From Malacoraja senta (taxonomy: Eukaryota), in contig JAXLNO010000257.1 of NCBI GenBank assembly GCA_038087875.1, positions 1 to 64,000 on the forward strand: a stretch of DNA of 64,000 nt, read 5' to 3'. Positions 51,720 to 64,000 of the stretch are shown piece after piece; the stretch's first letter is position 1, and the number at the start of each line of letters is the position of its first letter. The notes below the pieces were generated by a model, which saw only the letters and a list, made by a program, of their open reading frames with translations, had not been told where the DNA came from and made no database searches. The position numbers were made by a program, and so were the translations under genes.

Positions 51720-52500
51720 TTCTCCTGGAACACCTCGCATGAGTAGCAGTCCAGTACAAAGAATGATGAACAGATATACCAGGACCATTCCACCAACTAC
51801 ACAGAGGCTGCTCAAACCTGAAATTCAGAAAAAGGTAGGAGCTGAGTTGAGAGCAGCTGGAGACAGACAAGCAAACTACTACAACAGAGGATCCCAAGAT
51901 CTGATTCTCCTGAAAGCTGATGATCCAGTTCGAGTGAAGCCGACCGGTGACCGACATCAGCCCTGGAGGAAGGTTGTGGTTGTAGGCCATGTGGCACAAC
52001 CCAGATCGTATGAAGTCAGGACCAAGGACGACGTCATCTATCGTTGGAATCGGCGCCATCTGAGGACTAAAGAGCCATTTCATCACGCTGATGTTGACCT
52101 GGTGACTTCTCCAAAACTAAACGAGACAATCGACCTGTGAGCCGACCACCGGTCCCCAGGGAACATCAAACCCTGGTTGATCGAGATGACCTGGTGACGA
52201 TGCCTAAACCAGAGCGAGACAATCAACCTATGAGCCGACAACCGGTCCCCAGGGAGCATCAAACCCTGACAACAAGATCTGGTAGATGCGTTCGAAAACC
52301 ACGCTATCTGCAGGATTATGTGCCCAAATAAGGATAGGGTCTCTACTTGTAGTTGATTTGAGATTTAAAAGGCTATTAGGTTATGTTTAAATAGTTAATG
52401 TTATTGTGTTCTTTTATAGTTTGATATGCATAGTTTTATTTAGTAGCGGTAATGGCCATTTTAAAACTAAACAAATTAATAAATTAAAAAGGGGAAAGGA
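51720..52500 (+). mobile_element. Gypsy integrase C-terminal fragment with candidate polypurine tract
   Basis: QANYYNRG, PRSYEVRT..YRWNRRHL, TRSGRCVRKPRYLQDYV; aaaaaggggaaagg at ~52486. Confidence 0.7.
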
Positions 52501-54076
52501 ACAAATAAATAAATAGATAGATAAATAAATAAATAAAAAGGGGAAAGGAAATGAGAAACCAGACATGTGTTGTTCAAAGTTTAGATAATTCTGAGCACTG
52601 AACTGTCGCAGATCCAAGGAATGAGAATTTGAAAGCTACCGCGGAAATGGACTGTCAAATGCATGTTGGGATATGGACTGTCCACATGTTGGACTCAGTG
52701 AAATACGATGCGATGGAAGAATGTAATTCCTTGCTATACATGTAAAGTCCCTGTACATATGTGTTTTGTAAACAAAGGGGGATGTTATGGGAATAACACC
52801 ATCGGTGGTGCAGTACCCATGATGCAATACCCACGAGGCTGCAGCCAAGATGGATCCTGAATAAAAATGGCTGAACCCAAGGCTCGAGTGTAAAGCCTCT
52901 GTTAATTAGTTGTGAAGCTGTAATGGAGCAGTTTACAGTAAGGAAACACAATATTAAAACATACTCCACCATTCAATCATGGCTGATCTATCTTTCCCTT
53001 CTCCTGCCTTCTCCTCATAACCCCAGACACCCGTACTAATCAAGACTCTATCTATCTCTGCCGTTAAAATACCCAATTGACTTGACCTCTGCAACCTTCT
53101 GTGACAATAAATTGTCCCTAATCTGTAGCATAGAACCAGTGTATGGGGATCGCTGGTCGCACAGACTCAGTGGGTTAAAGGGCCTGTTTCCACGCTGCAT
53201 CTCTTAGAAAAAAATGCGACCCACTATTTTGGCTTCATACGGATTTTAAACACTTACGTGGCTGCCTGACACTTTCTGAATCACAGTTCACATCCTCTTC
53301 ACCTTAGCTGATCCACAGTTTGAGCCTCCAGCTCTTCATACTCCCCATTTCAAAGAATCAATCACCACTCATGTTTGGCCTTCTCCTTATTAACTTTAGT
53401 ACCCCAAGACCTGTTGAAATTAAAGAAAAAACTCATTCTTGTCATAAGATTCCCTCTCCGCTGCAGTTTTAATAACCCTCCAAGTCACCTTCCCCATAAA
53501 AACATCTGGCATATTCCCTCCATCCAATAGCTACCCTCAATATCGATAACCTTGGATCAGTTGCTAAGGCTGAGTTATTACTCTGGTTCTTAATTCCTGT
53601 ATGCTGGGAAATAAGCACTGTGTATTCACCCTATACCCCTCATTTTTTATACACCTCTATAAATCACCCCTCAGCCTCCTGCGCTCCAAGGAATAAAATC
53701 CGAGCTTACCATTTCGACCCACCAAGTCCATGACGACCAGTACACTATCACTATCCTCCACACACCAGGAGCAATTTTTACTGAAATCAATTAACTTACA
53801 AATCTGCATGTCTTTGGAGTGTGGGTGGAAACTGGAACCCACGCAGTGACATGGGGAAGGTACAAACTCCGAACAGACAGCATCCGTAGTCAGGATGGAA
53901 CCCGGGTCTCTGGTGCTGTGAGGCAGCAACTCTACCGTTGCGCGACTGTGCCACCCATGCAATGTGTAACACTGTGCATTGTGACATTCTTGTACCATAA
54001 AGCCACTGTATAAAAGTCATTTATTGAAGCTGCCTGGTACACAATTCTCATCTCCAGTTTTAGAAACATTTTTCAG

Positions 54077-55531
54077 ATACTGGGCAAACGGGAAACTTTG
54101 TTTCAAGCAAAAGATAAGTAAAGAGGAGTTTGATTTGGAAGCCAGGAAGCTCCTTACTCATGATAATGGTAAGGCCTATAATTGCTTGCTTCCTTTACCC
54201 TTGATATATATCTGTACACTTTTTGACGGAAAACAATGAGGTGACTTTGTACTCAGCAACTTGTCCTGGACCAGCCATGTCAAAGCAATGGCCAAGAAAG
54301 CCCCCCACCGTCTCTGCTTCCTTAGAAGCCTTAGGAAGTTCGGCATGTCCCCAACAACTCTCACCAACTTCAACAGATTCACCGCAGAAAGCATTTTATT
54401 AATGCTTGTATTCCCTCATGCAACCCTCCTTTTCTATTCATTCAAACTGTATCAAGGGTGCATCACAGCATGGTTTGGGAACAGCTCCATCCAAGAGCAC
54501 AAGAAATTGCAGCGAGCTGTAGACACAGCTCAGAACATCACACAAACCAACCTCCCTTCCACTGACTCCATGTACACTTCACACTACCTCAGCAAGGACA
54601 CCAGCATAATCAAGGTCGAGTCTCACCCCGGTCTCTCCTCCAATCTGGCAAGAGGTACAGAAGTGTGAAAACACACACCTCCAGATTCAGGGACATTTTC
54701 TTCCCAGCAGTTACCAGGCAACTGAACCATCCTACCACCAACTAGAGAGTGGTCCTGAAATACTATCTATCTCATTGGAGACCCTCAGACTATCTTTACT
54801 TGGACTTTACAGGACATTATCTTGCAGTAAATGTTATTTCCTTTATCATGTATCTACACTGGATGACTGGATTGTAATCATGTATTGTCTTTCCGCTGAC
54901 TGGTTAGCACGCAACAAACGCTCTTCACTGTACCTCGGTACACGTGACAATAAACTAAGCAAGAGTATTTTCCATGTGGCAGGTGACATCCCAATTTCCC
55001 CCCACGGATCTTTAAAGTATTATCGTACCGTAATACAGTAACTTAAATCAGCTGGAGTAAACTTGATGAACAATCCACCAGACTGATGAGGTATCTTCTC
55101 TCTATGTTACATGTGGGGATTCACTGTGAAATGTATTTAGCTAATGTTCAGCTCAACCATGTGAAATGTTTGGATAGTTTAGGTGAACAATGTTGATTGT
55201 GAGGCTAGATGTAGCAAGGACAGTCTCACTGCAGCCAAATCCCTAAATGATTGGAGACAATAGGTTCAGTATTAACTTTTTAAATTGAATTAGATTTGTA
55301 CATGAAAATCAAATAATTTTGAGACAGCAGGGAAAAGTGACGATGTTGCTCATCTTTTTTTTGCATTGACAACCGTTTTGGTCTTGGATTACCACAGACG
55401 TAGTTCTAAACTGTGGTGGATTAAGCATGAAATTACTAAAGGAACAACTCATTTTTGTTTTGCAGTGCATTCTCATAATGACTTCTTGCTTGCGATCTTC
55501 ACGAGATGTCAGATTATGGTTTCAGCTCCAG
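54077..55531 (+). pseudogene. TADA1: TADA1 exons 2 (54077-54168) and 3 (55466-55531), copy 1
   Basis: [52 protein letters not shown] vs recalled [52 protein letters not shown]; canonical splice sites. Confidence 0.88.
54250..54960 (+). mobile_element. Rex1/Babar-type 3' fragment in the TADA1 intron (duplicate ~57863-58572)
   Basis: LSWTSH..KKA..RLCFLRSLRKFGM..ESIL..GCITAWFGN; tail cacgtgacaataaac. Confidence 0.7.
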
Positions 55532-57689
55532 GTAAATGAGATTTTAATACTTTCTACAAAAATACCCAATACTTATCTGTTTTAGTGCTTCTCCTAACTC
55601 ATGCTGTGTCTTTATCCCTCTGCTTATGGGCTTTGGTCTTCTAATTGAGATGTGGCGAATTAAAATTCTCATCGACCTTTTCAAATCCCTCCCTGTCTTT
55701 GCTCTTCTCTATTCTTCAACCTTTACATTTATAACTCCTCCCATTCTGGCCGCCTCATTTTGCAGTGATCTTATGTTTCTTACAAAATGATGCATGAACA
55801 TTCACGACATTATTTAATAAAATGGAGGAAAGTTCTTCTGCCCCGCTCTTGGGTGGAGACTGAGAATAAGTGAATGATATAAGTGGTGCTGTTAGCAGAT
55901 AGAACAGGGTAAAGGCTAGTGAATATCAATAGGTATATCTGGGAGATGGAACAAAGATCAGCCTGAAGAAGGGTCCCGACCGGAAATGTCACCTATCCAT
56001 GTTCTCCATGGATGCTGCCTGAGACGCTGAGTTACTCCGACAGTGTGTCTCTTTTTTGTTAAACCAGCGGGTGCAAATTAATAAATTAAAAAGGGGAAGG
56101 GAACAAATAGATAAATGAATAGATAAATGAATAAATAAATAAAAAGGGGAAAGGAAATGAGAAACCAGACATGTGTTGTTCAAAGTTTAGATAATTCTGA
56201 GCACTGAACTGTCGCAGATCCAAGGAATGACAATTTGAAAGCTACCACGGAAATGGACTATCAAATGCATGTTGGGATATGGACTCTCCACACGTTGGAC
56301 TCAGTGAAATACGATGCGATGGAAGAATGTAATTTCTTGCTATACATGTAAAGTGCCTGTACATATGTGTTTTCTAAATAAAGGGGGATGTTATGGGAAT
56401 AACACCATCGGTGGTACAGTACCCATGATGCAATATCCAAGAGGCTGCAGCCAAGATGGATCCTGAATAAAAATGGCTGAACCCAAGGCTCGAGTGTAAA
56501 GCCTCTGTTAATTAGTTGTGAAGCTGTAATGGAGCAGTTTACAATAAGGAAACACAGTAAGAAAACATACTCCACCATTCAATCATGGCTGATCTATCTT
56601 TCCCTTCTCCTGCCTTCTCCTCATAACCCCAGACACCTGTACTAATCAAGACTCTATCTATCGCTGCCGTTAAAATACCCAATTGACTTGACCTCTGCAA
56701 CCTTCTGTGACAATGAATTGTACCTAATCTGTAGCATAGAACCAGTGTATGGGGATCGCTGGTCGCACAGACTCAGTGGGTTCAAGGGCCTGTTTCCACG
56801 CTGCATCTCTTAGAAAAAAATGCAACCCACTAATTTGGCTGCATACAGATTTTAAACACTTACCTGATTGCCTGACACTTTCTGAATCACAGTTCACATC
56901 CTCTTCACCTTAGTTGATCCACAGCTTGAGCTTCCAGCTCTTCATCCTCCCCATTTCAAAGGATCAATCACCACTCATGTTTGGCCTTCTCCTTATTAAC
57001 TTTAGTACCATAAAGACCTGTTGAAATTAAAGAAAAAACTCTCATTCTTGTCATAAGATTCCCTCTCCAACTGCTGCAGTTTTAATAACCCTCCAAGTCA
57101 CCTTCCCCATAAAAACATCTGGCATTTTCCCTCCATCCAATAGCTACCCTCAATATCGATAACCTTGGATAAGTTGCTAAGGCTGAGTTATTACTCTGGT
57201 TCTTAATTCCTCTATGCTGGGAAATAAGCACTGTGTATTCACCCTATACCCCTCATTTTTTATACACCTCTATAAATCACCCCTCAGCCTCCTGCGCTCC
57301 AAGGAATAAAATCCGAGCTTACCATTTCGACCCACCAAGTCCATGACGACCAGTACACTATCACTATCCTCCACACACCAGGAGCAATTTTTACTGAAAC
57401 CAATTAACTTACAAATCTGCATGTCTTTGGAGTGTGGGTGGAAACTGGAACCCACGCAGTCACATGGGGAAGGTACAAACTCCGAACAGACAGCATCCGT
57501 AGTCAGGATGGAACCCGGGTCTCTGGTGCTGTGAGGCAGCAACTCTACCGTTGCTCCACTGTGCCACCCATGCAATGTGTAACACTGTGCATTGTGACAT
57601 TCTTGTACCATAAAGCCACTGTATAAAAGTCATTTATTGAAGCTGCCTGGTACACAATTCTCATCTCCAGTTTTTGAAACATTTTTCAG

Positions 57690-60592
57690 ATACTGGGCAA
57701 ACGGGAAACTTTGTTTCAAGCAAAAGACAAGTAAAGAGGAGTTTGATTTGGAAGCCAGGAAGCTCCTTACTCATGATAATGGTAAGGCCTATAATTGCTT
57801 ACTTCCTTTACCCTTGATATATATCTGTACACTTTTTAACGGAAAACAATGAGGTGACTTTGTACTCAGCAACTTGTCCTGGACCAGCCATGTCAAAGCA
57901 ATGGCCAAGAAAGACCCCCACCGTCTCTGCTTCCTTAGAAGTCTTAGGAAGTTCGGCATGTCCCCAACAACTCTCACCAACTTCAACAGATGCACCGCAG
58001 AAAGCATTTTATCAATGCTTGTATTCCCTCATGCAACCCTCCTTTTGTATTCATTCAAACTGTATCAAGGGTGCATCACAGCATGGTTTGGGAACAGCTC
58101 CATCCAAGAGCACAAGAAATTGTAGCGAGCTGTAGACACAGCTCAGAACATCACACAAACCAACCTCCCTTCCACTGACTCCATGTACACTTCACACTAC
58201 CTCAGCAAGGACACCAGCATAATCAAGGTCGAGTCTCACCCCGGTCTCTCCTCCAATCTGGCAAGAGGTACAGAAGTGTGAAAACACACACCTCCAGATT
58301 CAGGGACATTTTCTTCCCAGCTGTTACCAGGCAACCGAACCATCCTACCACCAAATGGAGAGTGGTCCTGAGCTACTATCTATCTCATTGGAGACCCTCA
58401 GACTATCTTTACTTGGGCTTTACAGGACATTATCTTGCAGTAAATGTTATTTCCTTTATCATGTATCTACACTGGATGACTGGATTGTAATCATATATTA
58501 TCTTTCCGCTGACAGGTTAGCACGCAACAAAAGCTCTTCACTGTACCTCGGTACACGTGACAATAAACTAAGCAAGAGTATTTTCCATGTGGCAGGTGAC
58601 ATCCCAATTTCCCCCCACGGATGTTTAAAGTATTATCGTACCGTAATACAGTAAATTAAATCAGCTGGAGTAAACTTGATGAACAACCCACCAGACTGAT
58701 GAGGTGTCTTCTCTCTATGTTGCATGTGGGGATTCACTGTGAAATGTATTTAGCTAATGTTCAGTTCAACCATCTGAAATGTTTGGATAGTTTAGGTGAA
58801 CAATGTTGATCGTGAGGCTAGATGTAGCAAGGACAGTCTCACTGCAGCCAAATCCCTAAATGATTGGAGACAATAGATTCAGCATTAACTTTTTTAATTG
58901 AATTAGATTTGTACATGAAAATCAAATAATTTTGAGACAGCAGGGAAAAGTGCTGTCGTTCATCAAAAGTGAGGTTGCTCATCTTTTTTTTGCATTGACA
59001 ACCGTTTTGGTCTTGGATTACCACAGACGTGGTTCTAAACTGTGGTGGATTAAGCATGAAATTACTAAAGGAACAACTCATTTTTGTTTTGCAGTGCATT
59101 CTCATAATGACTTCTTGCTTGCGATCTTCACGAGATGTCAGATTATGGTTTCAGCTCCAGGTAAATGAAATTTTAATACTTTCTACAAAAATACCCAATA
59201 CTTATCTGTTTTAGTGCTTCTCCTAACTCATGCTGTGTCTTTATCTCTATGCTTATGGGCTTTGGTCTTCTAATTGAGATGTGGCGAATTAAAATTCTCA
59301 TTGACCTTTTCAAATCCCTCCCTGTCTTTGCTCTTCTCTATTCTTCAACCTTTACATTTATAACTCCTCCCATTCTGGCCGCCTCATTTTGCAGTGATCT
59401 TATGTTTCTTACAAAATGATGCATGAACATTCACGACATTATTTAATAAAATGGAGGAAAGTTCTTCTGCCCCGCTCTTGGGTGGAGACTGAGAATAAGT
59501 GAATGATATAAGTGGTGCTGTTAGCAGATAGAACAGGGCAAAGGCTAGTGAATATCAATAGGTATATCTGGGAGATGTAACAAAGATCAGCCTGAAGAAG
59601 GGTCCCGACCGGAAATGTCACCTATCCATGTTCTCCATGGATGCTGCCTGAGACGCTGAGTTACTCCGACAGTGTGTCTCTTTTTTGTTAAATCAGCGGG
59701 TGCAGTTCCTTGTTTCTACTTCTATGTCTACTAGCCATTTCTCTGTTCTCTCAGCTGACACCTGCACACTTATCATTCAATCATCCCAGTCTCCACCCTT
59801 CATAACTGATAGGAGCAGAATTTGTTCATTCGGCTCATCAAGTTTACTCCGATCATGGCTGATCCATCTCTCCCTCCTAACCCCATTCTCCTGCCTTCTC
59901 CCCAGAACCCCTAACACCTGTACTAATCAATAATCTATCTATCTCTGCCTTAAAAATATCTATAGACAGCCTCCACAGCCTTCTGTGGCAATGAATTCTA
60001 CAGATTCACCATCCTCTGACTAAATAAATTCCTCCTCATCTCCTTCCTAAAGGAACGTCCTTTAATTCTGAAGCTATGACCTCTGGACTTGTACTCTCCC
60101 ACCAGTGAAAACATCCTCTCCACATCCACTCAATTCAGGCTTTTCACTATTTGTTAAGTTTCAATGAGGTTCCTCCCTTAATCCTTCTAAACTCCAGCGA
60201 GTAGAGGCCCAGTGCCATTAAACGCTCATCATATGCTAACCCACTCATTCCTGTCACCCTATTTCACAGGAGCAGTGTTGCGGGACTTTCCTCCATTTTA
60301 TTAAATCATGTGGGGAATGTGGCACGTGCCATGCATTTTGTTCACATTAAATTGCCTTGATCTGATAGACAGCTGCTGTTAAATGTCCTGTGCAACCCGC
60401 AGGATAAATTTATCAACAACATTCGCAAAGACTACGAGTGACTCTTAAGAAATGAGGCCAACTCATACTGCCTTTGTACTGTTCACATTACAGAAGGTAT
60501 ATCCTCTCAACTATGGAACAGTCAATCGGCTGCTAAACCCGGTAAACCGGAAAGCAAAAAAAAGTTCCCATCCTCCCCGAGCAAAGTTTGAA
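57690..60592 (+). pseudogene. TADA1: TADA1 exons 2 (57690-57781), 3 (59095-59160) and frameshifted 4 (60494-60592), copy 2
   Basis: Exon 4 SAAKPGKP then a shift to KAKKSSHPPRAKFE|GTGAGT; unshifted frame stops at TGA. Confidence 0.85.
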
Positions 60593-62392
60593 GTGAGTTA
60601 CTCTCAAGCCGACGATGATTCTTCTTTTGGCTACTTGCTGAGTTCGTTTTGGAAGACGTTTTGGTAAAATTATTTTAGTTTCACGTAATTAAAAAGAACA
60701 AACTAAAGGCTCCTGATACTCCGTGGATGAATAATGATGTAATGTTGTCGGCGTGGGCAAGTTGGGTCTGTTTCCACGCTGTATGACTATAAAGGGATGA
60801 TTGAGGGCAAAAAAAGCATGCAAAAGAAGAAAGTGTTATTATGTTTTTATTAGCATTGTGTTATCATTTAACAATGGTCACTAAATACAAATCTTTACAG
60901 TTTAAATAATAAAAGCAGCAGTTTTAAAGTCCCCCAGCATATCTCCATCTCGGTTATGTAGTTGGAGGCTTTATTTGGTTTCCAGGCCTGGAGGATGGGA
61001 AGACAAAAGATCTTATTAATTAACTTAATGTATTTATGGAGGTGTGTTTGTTTTAATGCGTTTTGGTTAGTTAGTTTTGGTTAACTAGGTTTTTTTCCAA
61101 TTATTTACATCAACTTTTTAAATAATTAACATCGATAATTACAACCAAAACAAAATAATTACAATCTGATGATGGCTATTTAACCCAATCCATGGCTTTT
61201 AAAGATAGAAAGACTCACATTTTCATAGCCGAATCACATCCCATTCAAGGTATTTTTAAGGTGGAGAAGTGACAGATACTTGATGGGTAGGGCTATCAAG
61301 AGTTATGGGGAGAAAGCAGGAGAATGGTGTTGAGAGGGAAGGAAAGGTCAGCCATGATTGAATGGCGCAGTTGACTCGATGGGCTGAATGGTCTAATCCT
61401 GCTCCTTGAACCTATGAATAATGTCTCTGAACATCAGAGGCTCCTGAGGAAAAAGACAGTGCTGGAGTAACTGAGTGGGCGGGTGGCATCCCTGGAGAGC
61501 ATGGAGAGGTGGCGTTTCGGGTCTGGACTCTTTTTCAGACTGATTGTTGGTGTGGGAGGAAGGAAGCCAGAAGAGTGGAGGGGCAGGACAAAGCATGGTA
61601 TGTCATAGGTGAACACAGGCGAGGCAGGTTAGTGATGTGCAGATGGTTGGACAAAGGCCAGAGATGATCACGTACAAGGAGTGAAATAAAAGGATCAGTG
61701 AGTTGTGAATTGTGAAGCGAGAGGATTGACGAGGTGTGTTGGAATGGAGGGGGAGGGGAGAGATGGGTGCAAGATGGGCTCAGTGGAGGGGGGGTTTATA
61801 GGGGAGGGGATGCATGGGACGGGGTTAATGGCCATATGATTTTAGAGATCCTACCCTTGTTCTAATCTCCCTTTTCCAATAATTCTAATGAGCCTTGCAG
61901 ACTCCTTCAGTTACAGCTTATAGTCGCACAGTCACGGAGTGATACAGTGTGGAAACAGGCCTAACTTGGCCACACCGGCCAACATGTCCCACCTACACTA
62001 GTCCCACATGCCTGTGTTCGGTCCATATCCCTCCATAACTGTCCTATCCATGTACCTGTCTAACTGCTTCTTAAACCTCAAATACCTCCTCCGGCAGCTT
62101 GTTCCATACATACCCACAACCCTTTGTTTGAAAAAGTTACCCCTGAGATTTATATTAAATCTTTTCCCCTTCACCGTAAACCCGATTCCCCGACTCTGGG
62201 CAAGAGACTCTGTGCATCTACCCGATCCATTCCTCTCATGATTTTATACACCTCTATAAGATCACCCCTCATCCTCCTGCACTTCAGGGAATAGAGTCCC
62301 AAACTACTCAACCTCTCCCTATAGCTTAGACCCTTGAGTCCTGGCAACATTCTTGTAAAATCTCTCTGTACCCTTTCTTATAACATGGTGCC

Positions 62393-62597
62393 TTCTTCTT
62401 CTTCTGTTGTGTGTCTTTTAGACCTGCAGCTCCGTTGAGGCGAGCCAGGCCAACGTGTCATCGTCCAGGTCAATCAGACCTCGTTCACCATTCGGTGGCC
62501 GGTGTTTGGGGCAACTGGTGACTATGTGTTCCACTGTCTGTGTTGGGTCCCCACACTCGCAGGAGGTGCTGTCCACGAGGCCCCACCTCTTCATCGC
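62393..62597 (-). mobile_element. Short Ingi/Vingi-like LINE 3' end with (GAA)n tail, inside a minus-strand CR1 fragment (~61925-62640)
   Basis: WGLVDSTSCECGDPTQTVEHIVTSC (CCHC); TSD taacatggtgcc at 62381-62392 and 62598-62609. Confidence 0.75.
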
Positions 62598-63197
62598 TAA
62601 CATGGTGCCCAGAACTGAACACAATACTCTAAATATTTGGTCTTTGGTCATCTTCAATTTGAATCACTGAAATGGTAACTGTTACTTATATTAAGTTTTC
62701 TTTTCTCAGTGCTGTTAAGGCAAGCTTGCACTGATGATACTGCAAGATGTAATGAATAGCTCTGGCCTCAGCACAAGAGACCCGGGTTTGATCCTGACCT
62801 CAGATGCTATCTGTGTGTAGTTTGCACATTCACCCTGTGGTTTTCCACCGAGTGTTCCAGTTTCCTCCCACATCCCTAAGACGTGCAGATTTGTAGGTTA
62901 TTTGGCCCTCTGTAAAGATCATTCAGTGTGTTGGGAGTGGATGAGAAAGTCGGATAACATGGAACTAGTGTGAACGGGTGATCGATGGTTGGTGTGAACA
63001 CAGTGGGTTGAAGGGCTTGTTTCCATGCTGTATCTCTACAACTAATGTCCACCAATTTACTTTTGTTAATTACTTCCAGCATGTTTATTGCTGCGATTTC
63101 TTGGTGAAAGTGACTTCTTTGGAACTGCTGGGGCTTTTGAAGCTATTATGAGGGGAACACAATATGCGTGGTGTGTAGGAAAGCTGTTCCTGGAGTC

Positions 63198-63660
63198 AAC
63201 TTCTGTACATCGGTGAGACCAAGCGCAGGCTCGACGATTGTTTCGCTGAACACCTCCGCTCAGTCCGCCTTAACCTACCTGATCTCCCGTTACTCAACAC
63301 TTTAACTCCCCCTCCCATTCCCAATCTGAACTTTCTGGCCTGGGCCTCCTCCATTGTCAGAATGAGGCCCAGCACATATTGGAGGAACAGCACCTCATAT
63401 TTTGCTTGGGCAGCTTACACCCAAGCGGTATGAACATTGACTCCTCTAACTTCAAATAGCCCTTGCTTTCCCTCTCTCTCCATCTCCTTCCCCTTCCCAG
63501 TTCTTCCACCATTCTTACTGTCTCCGACTACATACTATCTCCGTCTCACTCGCTCCCCTGACATCAGTCTGAAGAAGGGTCTCGACCCGAAATGTCGCCC
63601 ATTCCTTCTCTCCAGAGATACTGCCTGTCCTGCTGAGTTACTCCAGCATTTTGTGTCTAC
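63198..63660 (+). mobile_element. Penelope-like element 3' fragment (GIY-YIG endonuclease) with pseudo-LTR tail
   Basis: LYIGETKRRLDDCFAEHLRSV...EEQHLIFCLGSLHPSGMNID; followed by ctgaagaagggtctcgacccgaaatgtc. Confidence 0.85.
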
Positions 63661-64000
63661 AATATGCAGGGTAATAATTCAGTTACTTACAGAGCAGAGT
63701 AATCCCTTTGACAACACAATGGAGTGGGAGAATGCCAAGAGTGCTGTGATCCATAGTGAAATGCTTGTTACCATTTTGGTACAGCATATTTTATACATGC
63801 CATTTGATATAACGAAAGATAACATGGCATATTGAAGACTTGTAACCCAAAGAGCCAAAGGCATTTCAGTGAGAATTTGTAGTGAGCTTTCATACTTCAA
63901 GGAATTAGTATATATTTAAAAATGTTTTGTATAATTTATTTTTGAATGCACCTAAATGTCAGGGAAATCAAAATCTTTCCATGTCCTTGACAACAAGAAA

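Larger units (their letters stand above)
52472..59704. repeat. Tandem segmental duplication, two ~3.6 kb units (52472-56075 and 56074-59704)
   Basis: Collinear with scattered substitutions and indels; junction gggtgca|aatta. Confidence 0.95.

Noticed and set aside
52655..52972. 105 aa ORF with hydrophobic N-terminus conserved at 56261-56578
   Set aside because: Conservation is explained by the recent tandem duplication; it begins in a CR1 tail and has no recognisable domain
63437..63835. 132 aa ORF at the window end
   Set aside because: Mostly Penelope tail sequence, with no recognisable domain or splice structure

Overview
Repeat-dense vertebrate genomic DNA, very probably from a cartilaginous fish (skate/ray). 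This is inferred from HE1/V-type SINEs, CR1 families, Penelope-derived palindromes and a GPR139-like receptor. The only plausibly complete gene is a two-exon GPR139-like class A GPCR on the minus strand (exon 1 12580-12655, exon 2 from 3930). Its intron carries a full-length, TSD-flanked but disabled L1 (4918-11176). The rest is a mosaic of transposons (CR1, L2, Rex/Babar, Tx1, RTE-X-like, Vingi-like, Penelope, Gypsy, Tc1, hAT-like, Helitron ends) and satellites. Embedded in it are orphan, intron-flanked, mostly damaged exons of unrelated genes: INF2 (1 exon), WDR46 (4 exons), RAB35 (1 exon), a CD22/Siglec-like Ig gene (2 exons) and TADA1 (exons 2-3 tandemly duplicated, plus exon 4). The main points of interest are this gene-fragment mosaic, minimal hammerhead-ribozyme-like cores in a dispersed palindromic repeat, a multi-level nested insertion and several fold-back structures. 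Gene and element names come from recalled motifs; no database search was run.
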